Assembly: GCA_963832745.1 (NCBI GenBank) | Contig: CAWHVC010000003.1 | Span: 224,001 to 288,000 of the forward strand | From: Candidatus Bathyarchaeota archaeon | Lineage (GTDB): Archaea; Thermoproteota; Bathyarchaeia; Bathyarchaeales; Bathycorpusculaceae | DNA length: 64,000 bases | Direction of reading: 5' to 3' | Shown here: positions 30,446 through 39,546 of the stretch, in pieces | Position numbering within the stretch: the stretch's first letter is position 1 | How the letters are laid out: every line of letters starts with the position of its first letter | Position numbers and translations under genes: made by a program | The notes under the pieces: generated by a model | What the model was told of the DNA's origin: nothing | Databases searched by the model: none | The model's input: the letters and a program-made list of their open reading frames with translations, nothing else

Positions 30446-31500
30446 TCACATCGGGTGGAACCCAGTGCTCTTAAGGCCTGTGGTTTCGTCTATTCCCATG
30501 AGCAAATTGAGGCATTGTACACCTTGTCCTGAAGCGCCCTTGCACATGTTATCAATGGCTGAGAACATCATTAAACGGTTTGTGTGCTCATCAATCTCGA
30601 AAGCCGACGTCACAGAAGTTTGTACCTAAGGTGATTTTGGGGTCTGGAAGCTGGTAGGGTCCCTTCTGGTATTTGACTAAGCGCACAAACGGCTCGTTTC
30701 CATACATGCCGCGTAGCGCTTTCCAAAGGTCCTTGCTGGCTATGGGTTGTTTAGGATAAGCGTGAATGGTTGCTAAGATGCCGCGTACCATGTTTACGGC
30801 GTGTGGCGTAAAACCGATTTTTACGGGTTGAGTACTCAACGCAGATAGTTCTTGTTCTACTTCGGCTGTGTGACGGTGCCCAGCAACTTGGTATGGACGT
30901 ACACCACCGAAACGTTCAGGGTGATGTGAAGCGAGGGTTGGTTTACTTCCGCCTCCAGAACTGCCGACTTTGAGGTCAACCACGATTTTGTCGGGGTCAA
31001 CAAGGCCTGCTTTAACGATTGGTGCTAAACCTAAGATGGCGCTTGTTGCCATGCAACCGGGGCAAGCGACGAGTTTAGCATTTTTGATTTCTTCTCTGAT
31101 GAAGCTCGGGCAGTCCGTATACTGCGTCTTTAAGCATGTCGGGGTGAGCATGTTTCCAGCCGTAGTAGGTTTCGTAGTCGACTGGGTTTTTGAGGCGAAA
31201 ATCGGCGCTCATGTCAATGACTTTTAAGCCTACCTCAAGCAGTTTAGGAACCAAGTTTACTGAGCCTCCATGTGGAGTGGCTGTGAATATTAAGTCACAG
31301 TTTTTTTGAAGTTCAGCCATGTCTTGGGGTACAAATTTAAGTTGAGTTAAACCTCGAAGGTTTGGGTGAACGTTGAAAATGTATTCGCCGGCGCTTTGAC
31401 GTGAAGTAACCATTGTTACCTCTGCCTGCGGATGTAAAAGTAGCAACCGCAAGAGTTCCCCGCCAACGTATCCTGAACCACCAATTATTCCGATTCTCAT
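30446..31500 (-). pseudogene. lysY: LysW-phosphate reductase (LysY/ArgC) interrupted by two +1 frameshifts (pseudogene, assembly error or recoding)
   Basis: Three consecutive frames give GGSGYVGGELLR...YGLPELH / REEIKNAKLVACPGC...FCDVGF / EIDEHTNRLMMFSAIDNMCKGASGQ. Extra bases at about 31098 and 30599; removing them gives an intact 350-aa protein. Confidence 0.9.
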
Positions 31501-31534
31501 TCTTGTTTGCTCTCCCTAAAGGTTGATTTGGTTT

Positions 31535-32716
31535 TTAGTTGATTAGGCTTTGTGCAGCCTTTAATAGTGGAATAGCCACGTTTAGGCCTGTTACGAGTCG
31601 GGTGTTTTCCCAGAACTCGGGGCAAGAATTTGCCTCATGAAACACGAGGGCATTCTTGTTATTTTCTATACTTTCATCAATTACATTTTTAACTTTCTGG
31701 TATGGATCTGAGCTTGCATAGGCACTGAAAGTTTGTTCCAACTTTCCGTTCCATGTTGGAAAATCAGTTAGACGTGTCTCGTCCGCTTTAACCTTCTGTA
31801 CGGGCAGGTAAGCGTTTGCTGCTAAGTCAAGCTGAGTTTTTAGGTAATCTTCTGTTACATTGTTTTTTTCTGTAACATTTACCATGGCGTCAAGCGCAAA
31901 AATCCAAGCGTCACTACCCTTGCCAAGGGTGTCGCCGGATTTGACTGCTAAATCAATCACACTTTGGGGCAGTTTGGCTTCAAACACTAGGTTACCAAGG
32001 AAAGTGTTAGTTCGAAAATCCTTAAAGCCCGCCCGGGCAAGCGCCTTGTTATAGCAGACGGCTTGGTTGCCTTTCTCTTTGTAAACTATTATGCGTAAGT
32101 CGTAGAACCATTTGTTTACTAGTTCTTGGGCGACTACACCGATTGGGTTAATGATGTTTGGTTTTGTTTCTTGAATGTTAGCGATGAGTTCTTCACGGGT
32201 TTTTGAGAGCATAATCATTTTGCCGTGGGTTCCAGCATCTGCCTTAATCACGATACCATCTTCAAAGGGAATTTCCGCTTGGAAAAGGTCGGCGATGTCT
32301 TTTTCGTTGTGTATTTCTTTGCCATTCTTCATGAAGTCAGAAGCGTCACAGGGCACAAACACGGTTTTTGGAATTGGCAACCCTGCTTTCCAAAGGTTTA
32401 GCAGTGTACGGAGTTTGCTGTAGCAGGTAAATTCCGCTTGGCTGGTGTTAATGGTTTTTTTGCCAAGCATCTCCATAATGTATGAAGCCTGCAGTCGACG
32501 GTTTTTGCTTTGGGCCCGGTTAAGTACAGCAGCGGTTTGGTTGAAAGTTTCAATATAGTCTTTGCCTTTGGTTTTGGCGCTGAAACCCTCCTTTGAAATT
32601 GCCAAAGCAATTTTGCGGAATGGAATAAATTTTAGGTCAATTCCAAGTTGTTGCGCTGTCTGTTTTATGCCAGCTTCATCATTTTCTGAGCGTTCATAAA
32701 GAAGGGCTATGCTCAT
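31535..32716 (-). CDS. lysX: Divergent LysX/ArgX-like ATP-grasp ligase
   Basis: Between lysW and lysY; IPKT, QELV, DLR, FRTN, HEANSCPEF motifs; 393 aa, longer than usual. Confidence 0.75.
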   Translation of the reverse strand: MSIALLYERSENDEAGIKQTAQQLGIDLKFIPFRKIALAISKEGFSAKTKGKDYIETFNQTAAVLNRAQSKNRRLQASYIMEMLGKKTINTSQAEFTCYSKLRTLLNLWKAGLPIPKTVFVPCDASDFMKNGKEIHNEKDIADLFQAEIPFEDGIVIKADAGTHGKMIMLSKTREELIANIQETKPNIINPIGVVAQELVNKWFYDLRIIVYKEKGNQAVCYNKALARAGFKDFRTNTFLGNLVFEAKLPQSVIDLAVKSGDTLGKGSDAWIFALDAMVNVTEKNNVTEDYLKTQLDLAANAYLPVQKVKADETRLTDFPTWNGKLEQTFSAYASSDPYQKVKNVIDESIENNKNALVFHEANSCPEFWENTRLVTGLNVAIPLLKAAQSLIN

Positions 32717-32792
32717 CGCTAATCGTCCTTTAAAGCAAATATTTCAAAAATAATGGTAACATTCTAAAATAGTAGGATGATTGATTGACTGC

Positions 32793-33020
32793 TTATTCGC
32801 CCCAGTCTTCGCCTTCGATGGTTAACTCTTGTAGGTCGACGCATCCACCTTTAACGGTTTTTACTTCGAGTTCAAGTCCACATCCAGGGCAACTGACGAT
32901 TTCGCCGGTTTCTGTGTCTGCTGGCACGTCTAGTTCTGCGTCACAGTCTGGGCATTTTGCTTTGCAGATGTCTGCTTCGTGGGTGTTTGGATTTGTGGGT
33001 TTTATCATTGTTTTACTCAC
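32793..33020 (-). CDS. lysW: Amino-group carrier protein LysW
   Basis: CPDC...CPGC zinc ribbon and C-terminal EDWGE. Confidence 0.96.
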   Translation of the reverse strand: MSKTMIKPTNPNTHEADICKAKCPDCDAELDVPADTETGEIVSCPGCGLELEVKTVKGGCVDLQELTIEGEDWGE

Positions 33021-33060
33021 TTTTTTATTGGAAATGAACTTTTTATTAAAAGCGGGTACC

Positions 33061-33118
33061 TTTTAAACATTGTGACTTATATGTTACAGGTTGGAAAAGA
33101 AATGTTCCAAATATAACA
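33061..33118. promoter_or_regulatory. lysW-operon promoter with the same two-site operator as argG
   Basis: ttttaaacat-TGTGAC-ttatat-GTTACA, 14 nt, TGTTccaaatatAACA. Confidence 0.7.
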
Positions 33119-33263
33119 AAAAGCCGTGAAAGGTTAAGCATGCAAGCTCAGGTTTTTGCGGTAAATAATAGCAGTTAAAAAACGATAAACGTACTTCTCA
33201 AGACGCATTAGTGCCGAAATCGTTAAATTCAAACAACCGCATCCTTACCACAGGCGCAAAGTA

Positions 33264-33674
33264 ATGGATGAAACAGACCGGAAAATTTTAAAGATCCTCA
33301 AAAACGACGCAAGAGCAGGCTACGTCGAAATCGGTAACCAAGTCGGCCTATCCGAAGGCGCAGTCCGAAAAAGAATCAAAAACCTAACCGACGATGACGT
33401 CATCCGCAAATTCACCGTTAAAATCGGCGTCAAAGAAGGCGCAGAAGCTATAACCCTGCTCACTGTAAACCCAGCCTACCCCACACAAGAAGTTACAAAA
33501 CGCATACAACTTATCCCAAATGTTGAAACAATCTATGAAGTTACAGGCGAATACGACATTGTCGCAGTCATCGGCGGCATGAACGTTGTCGAAGTTAACG
33601 AATGCATCGAAAAAATCCGCCGTGTAGAAGGCATAATGAAAACCAACACAATGATAGTTCTACGCAACCTCTAA
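33264..33674 (+). CDS. lysM: Lrp/AsnC-family regulator (LysM-like)
   Basis: MDETDRKILKIL...SEGAVRKRIK, EVTGEYDI; divergent from lysW. Confidence 0.85.
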   Translation: MDETDRKILKILKNDARAGYVEIGNQVGLSEGAVRKRIKNLTDDDVIRKFTVKIGVKEGAEAITLLTVNPAYPTQEVTKRIQLIPNVETIYEVTGEYDIVAVIGGMNVVEVNECIEKIRRVEGIMKTNTMIVLRNL

Positions 33675-34179
33675 CTTTATTACTTACACTATTTTTGGGA
33701 TTACACGATTAGTTCTCTTTCATATTCAACTTTTCACACCTAAACACCCCAACCCCTAACAATCAATACAAAGCCTGCAGCGGCAACCTCAGAGTACAGA
33801 TACTAAAGGGACATGCAAGCCAAAGATTGAAGCGGTAAACTCACCTTTTATCTCTGGGTATCATCAAACGCATAATAAAACCGACACCAAGGTAGTGCTT
33901 CTTAACTCTTAGCGGCACTTTCCTTTGCGGTTGGACCAAAAGGGTAGGCCTTTACTTATTTAGGTGGCTTAGGAAACTGCAAACACTTACTGAGGTAAAC
34001 CACAAGCAGAGCCACCTATTTTTTGATTTACACATAAAGGAGGACTCAGTAAAACGAAACGCCCGCGTTGTTACAGCCCATCTGGCACAGCATGTTTACT
34101 TAAAACATTTATTGATAAACAATAATGCCTATAGCCTGTGTACCCTCAATTTGTATCTTACATAGGAAGATACACGTTA

Positions 34180-35010
34180 ATGAAAAACTTTAAAATAATC
34201 ATAACTTTCATGGCAGTTTTATTAATCGCTTCAATCGGCGCAAACGTCTACTTCGCAAGCTCTATGACAGCGTCAAACAACAACGACACAACCAAACTTG
34301 GGATGGTCTCAGCCCTCTCACAGGTTCAAGTCAATATAAACACGGAACTACAAAAGATCGGCAGCAGTCTCGCCCTCGCTTCACAGCAACTCACTTACAC
34401 GGGCTTAACCGGTGAACAAGCAGATGCAGTACTAAGTGAGTTAGCCTCTAACAGCACCTACATCATCGACGCAGGAACCGAAGACATGAACAACATAATG
34501 GTCGCCGTGCAGCCTCCTGCATGCAACAATGTAATCGGCATAAGCGTCGGCGAACAAACCTGGCTAAACACTAATCCTAACGGTCCCATAAATCCCATGA
34601 TGACTCCAGTTATACCCCTTATAGAAGGCACAACAGGCATAGCAATGGCAGCACCAGTCTTCAACACAGATAAAGAAATGATAGGTACAGTCAGCATCAT
34701 CTTTAACCCTCAAACACTCATCAGCACAGCTGTCGCAAAAGCCCCAGACAACGCCAAATACGAATTCTCAGCTATGCAGACAGACGGTTACTCAATGTAC
34801 GACAGCGAGCCAGAGTACCAGGGCACAAATCTCCTTACAAACACTTCAATACCAGGCTACAGCCTCATCTATAATTCAGTAAGCAACACCGCCAACAGCA
34901 TCTCTGGATACTACCTCTACGACTACCAAGGCACCAATTGGCAATGTTACTGGACAACCATAAACGCTTTCGGTCAAGACTGGCGACTATCAGTTCACCA
35001 CACAGCATAA
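34180..35010 (+). CDS. Stand-alone extracytoplasmic Cache-like sensor protein
   Basis: One N-terminal TM/signal; MTPVIPLIEG..GIAMAAPVF...IGTVSI dCache-like pattern; no cytoplasmic output domain. Confidence 0.65.
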   Translation: MKNFKIIITFMAVLLIASIGANVYFASSMTASNNNDTTKLGMVSALSQVQVNINTELQKIGSSLALASQQLTYTGLTGEQADAVLSELASNSTYIIDAGTEDMNNIMVAVQPPACNNVIGISVGEQTWLNTNPNGPINPMMTPVIPLIEGTTGIAMAAPVFNTDKEMIGTVSIIFNPQTLISTAVAKAPDNAKYEFSAMQTDGYSMYDSEPEYQGTNLLTNTSIPGYSLIYNSVSNTANSISGYYLYDYQGTNWQCYWTTINAFGQDWRLSVHHTA

Positions 35011-35127
35011 AACAATCAACTTTTCCTTTTTTGTTAAACCGGCAAGTAACGTCTAGGTTGTTTTATTTTGATTTCCTGCCTAGTTATGCAAGCTGTTTAA
35101 AGTTGAACCAAAACATAGCGCTTTAAT

Positions 35128-35574
35128 TTATGGTTCTACTTTTATGCAGGTTACTTTTATGCCGTTTTTCTTTAGCAACGCAGCCGTTACCCCATCGCCG
35201 GTTACAAATTTACCTTTGAAGGAACCATCAAAGATTTTTCCGCAACCACATGAGGGGCTTCTTTCTGTCAGCAACGCTTCTTTTGCTCCTACAGCCTGAG
35301 CAATCCGCAGCGCCTCATTGGCACCTTTTAGGAATTGGCTGGTTACGTCTTCGCCTTGCATGTTAACGACTTTGGCTTTTCCCGTAAGTACGTCTGCGCC
35401 GGTTCCGCCTTGAATCTCTGCTGGCACCCGAGGCAATGGCAGGCCTCCAAGGATTTCGGGGCAGATTGGGAACAGGTTGCCTTTCTGGAACTCTTTACGT
35501 AATGTGGGGTTTAGCCAGTTTTTGGCTTCAAAATTGCAGTTTACACCGAGTAGGCAAGCGCTGACGAGTTTCAT
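35128..35574 (-). CDS. DUF523 / 2-thiouracil desulfurase family Fe-S protein
   Basis: VSACLLG..C, PICPE..GGL..PR, SPSCGCG, GDGVTAALL. Confidence 0.9.
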   Translation of the reverse strand: MKLVSACLLGVNCNFEAKNWLNPTLRKEFQKGNLFPICPEILGGLPLPRVPAEIQGGTGADVLTGKAKVVNMQGEDVTSQFLKGANEALRIAQAVGAKEALLTERSPSCGCGKIFDGSFKGKFVTGDGVTAALLKKNGIKVTCIKVEP

Positions 35575-35749
35575 GAGTTTAAACGTTCCGTGGTTTAATG
35601 TAAGATTGCTTTGTTTTTGAAAAAGATATGCTTTGTTGGACAGTTATCTGATTTAAAGGTTGCATAGGTTGAACTTATAGTCAGAGTTCATAACTTATAA
35701 TAGCCAAAAAACCCCAATTAACCAATAATTCTCAACGGAGAAATCGATT

Positions 35750-37180
35750 TTGACAGACCAACCTTCACAAACCACTTTAAACGCCAACATCAAAATAGCA
35801 GGATACCTTGATCGAATTCAGCAACCCGTAATGGCTGTTGATAAAGACTTCAACATACTCTACATAAACCAGTACGGTGCAACATTGCTAAATTCAACAC
35901 CTCAACAACTACAAGGACAAAAATGTTACAGTCAATTCAAAACAGGCGATTGTAATACAGAAAAATGTGCCTGCAAAATCGCCATGCAAGAAAAGAAGGA
36001 AGCTACGTCCAAAACAGTTGCAAATCCGTCAGGCTTAGAATTGCCGATTCAATATACTGGGGCACCCTTGGTTGATGAAAACGGCAACGTAACTGGCGCA
36101 GTTGAAGTTGTAACAAACATTGCAGACTTAAAAAATGCGTTGGACATGATTAATGGAATATTAAAGGCTGCCTCAAGTGCTTCTCAAGAAGTGGAGGGTT
36201 ATGCAACTGAAGTTTTAAGCACCGCAGAAAACGTTGGTACAATGGCAGCTCAAGCCGCTGAAGCATCAGAGAAACTAAGGACCTCTTTAGAGCAGGTGCA
36301 ACAAGCAGCCGAAAATGTTTCCAGTGGAGCGCAGAGCCTTTCGACTCTTGCTCAAAGCACAGCAAGAAACATTGAAGTTCTTACCACAAAAATAACTGAT
36401 GTAGACAGGAAAACAAATGAAGTCAACGTTGTTGTAGCTGAATCAAACAAGTTGGCTAATCAGGTAAAGTCTGGCGGTGAACACGCTTTGTCAGCTTTAG
36501 GCGAAATAAAGAAGGCTTCCTTTGGCGTGCAAAACATTATTTCAGAAGTAAACTCGTCTGTAAACAACGTTGCAAGTTTAGCTGATGATATTTCACAAAT
36601 AGCTGGGCAAGTAAACATGCTTGCACTTAATGCTGCTATTGAAGCTGCAAGAGCAGGAGAAGCAGGACGAGGCTTTGCAGTAGTAGCTGACGCAGTAAAA
36701 CAGTTAGCAGGTCAAGCAGGCAAAGCAGCAAACACAGCAGTACACTCAATCGACGGCATAACCAAATCAGGCAAAAATGCGGCTGAAATGTCAAAAAATG
36801 CTGGCGAAGTAGCAAACAACGGTGACAGCATCGTTAGTCAAACAATAAATGGTTCCCAAAAGGTAGCAGAATCAATGGATAAAATCTTGAATATAACTCA
36901 AAATTTAACTGCTATCGTGCAAGGCAGCGCCAAATCTCTTGAAGACGTAAACCACGCAATAGAACAAGTTGCAAGCGTTTCTGAGGAATCTGCGTCAGCC
37001 GCTGAAGAAACAACCGCCAGCATTGAAGAACAAACTGCAGCCACAGACCAAGTTGCTTCAGTAAGCAAGAAACTGCAGAACGAAGGCGAAAAAGCCATTG
37101 AGATTGCCAGAAAAATAAACGCTTCAATTAAAAAGCTAAACGAGGAACTTTCTAAAGCTGAAGCAATGCAGCTCAACTAA
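35750..37180 (+). CDS. Cytoplasmic PAS-domain methyl-accepting chemotaxis protein
   Basis: Cys-rich PAS domain; QVNMLALNAAIEAARAGEAGRGFAVVA signalling hairpin; no TM. Confidence 0.92.
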   Translation: MTDQPSQTTLNANIKIAGYLDRIQQPVMAVDKDFNILYINQYGATLLNSTPQQLQGQKCYSQFKTGDCNTEKCACKIAMQEKKEATSKTVANPSGLELPIQYTGAPLVDENGNVTGAVEVVTNIADLKNALDMINGILKAASSASQEVEGYATEVLSTAENVGTMAAQAAEASEKLRTSLEQVQQAAENVSSGAQSLSTLAQSTARNIEVLTTKITDVDRKTNEVNVVVAESNKLANQVKSGGEHALSALGEIKKASFGVQNIISEVNSSVNNVASLADDISQIAGQVNMLALNAAIEAARAGEAGRGFAVVADAVKQLAGQAGKAANTAVHSIDGITKSGKNAAEMSKNAGEVANNGDSIVSQTINGSQKVAESMDKILNITQNLTAIVQGSAKSLEDVNHAIEQVASVSEESASAAEETTASIEEQTAATDQVASVSKKLQNEGEKAIEIARKINASIKKLNEELSKAEAMQLN

Positions 37181-37358
37181 ATTCAAGTTTCCGCCAACAT
37201 TTTTTATTCCGGTTCCTTTTTTGTCACGAAAGAACCATTATTTTCAAGTTTAGGCGGGACTCTTTTAATTATTAAGCCAAACAACGTTCAATTTAACGTC
37301 TGTTTCCGAAACGCTTATATTTTCTTGCCTATAACCAATTTCAAGGTTCGAAGCAAAA

Positions 37359-37433
37359 ATGATAAATCTTCACATTAACCCAAAAAGATTTCAAAGCTAC
37401 AGCTTCGAATACTGCTTTTATTATAACTTCTAA
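37359..37433 (+). CDS. Putative Phe/Tyr-rich leader peptide of the aromatic operon (MINLHINPKRFQSYSFEYCFYYNF)
   Basis: Manual translation; 4 Phe + 4 Tyr in the last 14 codons; downstream of TATA-like CTTATATT (37314-37321) and 63 nt upstream of the first gene. Confidence 0.8.
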   Translation: MINLHINPKRFQSYSFEYCFYYNF

Positions 37434-37437
37434 CAGT

Positions 37438-37478
37438 AGCCCAGAACTAACTAAAATTTTAAAGAAATGTTCTGGGCT
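37438..37478 (+). promoter_or_regulatory. Leader hairpin between leader-peptide stop and the aspartokinase SD
   Basis: Perfect 10-bp inverted repeat agcccagaac/gttctgggct, 4 nt after the leader TAA and 6 nt before GGGGGT. Confidence 0.7.
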
Positions 37479-37496
37479 GGCAAAGGGGGTAAAACG

Positions 37497-38741
37497 GTGG
37501 AAAATATAAAATCTGGCAAAAAAATTGTGGTTAAATTTGGCGGTTCAAGCCTTGCTGATCATGAAAAGCTACTGAAAGCTGTAATGGCTGTTGTTTCGGA
37601 AGCTAAACACGGTGTCAAAATCGCTGTTGTAGTTTCAGCTATGGGTAAAACTACTGATGTACTTATGACCACGGCTAAAAATACTTCAAACGGAAAACTA
37701 GCTAAACATGAATTGGATGACATTCTTTCTATGGGTGAACGCACAAGCGTACGCATCTTCGCTACTGCATTGCGGAACAATGGTGTTGACGCCTGCTACT
37801 TTGACCCCATGGAAGACAAGTGGCCAATAATCACTGATGAATCTTTCCAGAACGCTAACCCAATCGTTAAAGAATGCATCAAAAACATCAAAACCTGCGT
37901 TTTGCCGCTGGTTGAGAAAGGAACCATACCAGTAATTGCAGGTTTCGTAGGTAAAACTAAAGAAGGCAAAATTACCACTCTTGGCAGAGGCGGAAGTGAC
38001 ACCACAGCATTTATCCTTGGAGAAGGTATAGGCGCTGACCAAATCGTTCTTGTCACTGACGCGGATGGCATTATGTCAAGCGACCCCAAAATCATTAAGG
38101 CGCCTAAGCTTTTGCCAGAAATCAACGTTAATACCCTTATAGGTTTGGCTGATTCAGGAGCCAAATTTATCCACAGCAAAGCGCTTAAGTATAAACCGAA
38201 GGACATAGATGTTAAAGTTATGAGCAACAAGCATAACGACCTAAGCCAGCCAGGCACCCTAATTAAAGATGCATTAGCGTGGGAACTTGACGCTGAAATT
38301 GCTTATCCAACACCTGTTGCAGAGATAACGGTTATCGGAGAAGGCCTCTCAAGCAACACTAACATCATTACGGAAATGTTTGAAAAAGTCAGGCAGCAAA
38401 CTACACTGCTTGGCATGTCCATGAACTCAAATTCAATAATATTCTACGTAGCTCAAGAAAACAATATCGTGGAACTTTTCAACCAAATTCACCAAATCAC
38501 TATTGACAACAAAGAAACCATTGCAATGGCAGTCAAAAAAGACTTAGCTTTCATCCAAACCAGTGGTGTCGGTCTTGAAGAAACACGCGGTATCATCGGA
38601 AAAATCAGCGAAGACCTAAGACTTGCGGGCATCAACATTTCAGGCATCTTAACTATCACTTCCAGCATTTTACTGTTTGTAGATTGGAGCGAAAAAGAAA
38701 AAGCTCTAAAGCTCATTAAGACCTCATTAAAAACACACTAG
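37497..38741 (+). CDS. Aspartate kinase (aromatic-operon paralog)
   Basis: VVKFGGSS, LGRGGSDTTA, VTDADG, divergent ACT region; GTG start 6 nt after GGGGGT. Confidence 0.9.
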   Translation: MENIKSGKKIVVKFGGSSLADHEKLLKAVMAVVSEAKHGVKIAVVVSAMGKTTDVLMTTAKNTSNGKLAKHELDDILSMGERTSVRIFATALRNNGVDACYFDPMEDKWPIITDESFQNANPIVKECIKNIKTCVLPLVEKGTIPVIAGFVGKTKEGKITTLGRGGSDTTAFILGEGIGADQIVLVTDADGIMSSDPKIIKAPKLLPEINVNTLIGLADSGAKFIHSKALKYKPKDIDVKVMSNKHNDLSQPGTLIKDALAWELDAEIAYPTPVAEITVIGEGLSSNTNIITEMFEKVRQQTTLLGMSMNSNSIIFYVAQENNIVELFNQIHQITIDNKETIAMAVKKDLAFIQTSGVGLEETRGIIGKISEDLRLAGINISGILTITSSILLFVDWSEKEKALKLIKTSLKTH

Positions 38742-38745
38742 AGAG

Positions 38746-39546
38746 ATGGGATACTTGAATCAAGGCAAAACCAGGCGAATGAAACGAATCTTCCAGCAAG
38801 ATAACCGTACAGTAATTGTCCCAATGGACCACGGCGTAACCATCGGCCCAATCCAAGGCATCACCAACATGCAGCAAACAATAAACCAACTCGTTAAAGG
38901 TGGTGTTGACGCGGTTCTTGTTCACAAAGGCATCGCCAAAACTGTCGATACAACCGGCACCGGCTTAATCGTTATGCTCAGCGGCATGTCAAACCTTAGC
39001 CCAAACATAAACAATAAAGTTCAAGTCTGCAGCGTACAGGAAGCTATACGAATCGGCGCCGACGCAGTTTCCGTTCACGTTAACGTAGGTGCGCAAGATG
39101 AAGATAAAATGCTGCATAACTTGGGCAAAGTAGCTGAAGAATGCGACAGCTTTGGCATTCCTCTTCTTGCCATGATGTACCCGCGGGGACCAAGAATCGC
39201 AAATGAGCATGCACTTGAAGTAGTAGCCCACGCAGCCCGTATAGGTGCAGAACTCGGCGCAGATGTAATCAAAACTAACTACACGGGCACAATCGAATCA
39301 TTTAAGCAGGTTACTGAAAGTTGTCCAGCCCCAGTTCTAATCGCTGGTGGACCAAAATGCAAGTCCGTAGAGGAAATCTTGCAAACGACAAGTGACTCAA
39401 TCAAAGCAGGTGCAGCTGGACTCTCAATTGGACGCAATGTGTTTCAATGCGAAAATCAAGCATTAATCGTGAAGGCGCTCTCAGCTATCGTGCATAAAGG
39501 CGCATCTGTTGAGCAAGCCCAAAAAATTCTTGGTGAAAAACTTTGA
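38746..39546 (+). CDS. 2-amino-3,7-dideoxy-D-threo-hept-6-ulosonate (ADH) synthase, AroA' (class I aldolase family)
   Basis: VPMDHGV..GP, MMYPRG, ELGADVIKTNY, AGGPK, IGRNVFQ; directly before aroB'. Confidence 0.88.
   Translation: MGYLNQGKTRRMKRIFQQDNRTVIVPMDHGVTIGPIQGITNMQQTINQLVKGGVDAVLVHKGIAKTVDTTGTGLIVMLSGMSNLSPNINNKVQVCSVQEAIRIGADAVSVHVNVGAQDEDKMLHNLGKVAEECDSFGIPLLAMMYPRGPRIANEHALEVVAHAARIGAELGADVIKTNYTGTIESFKQVTESCPAPVLIAGGPKCKSVEEILQTTSDSIKAGAAGLSIGRNVFQCENQALIVKALSAIVHKGASVEQAQKILGEKL

Noticed and set aside
33675-34130. RNase P, SRP RNA or hammerhead ribozyme
   Set aside because: Lacks the RNase P GAGGAAxxUCC and SRP motifs; no CUGAnGA core in a correct stem context
37467-37496. Track's ATG start for the second aspartokinase
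   Set aside because: Lies within the leader hairpin and upstream of the SD; GTG at 37497 fits better
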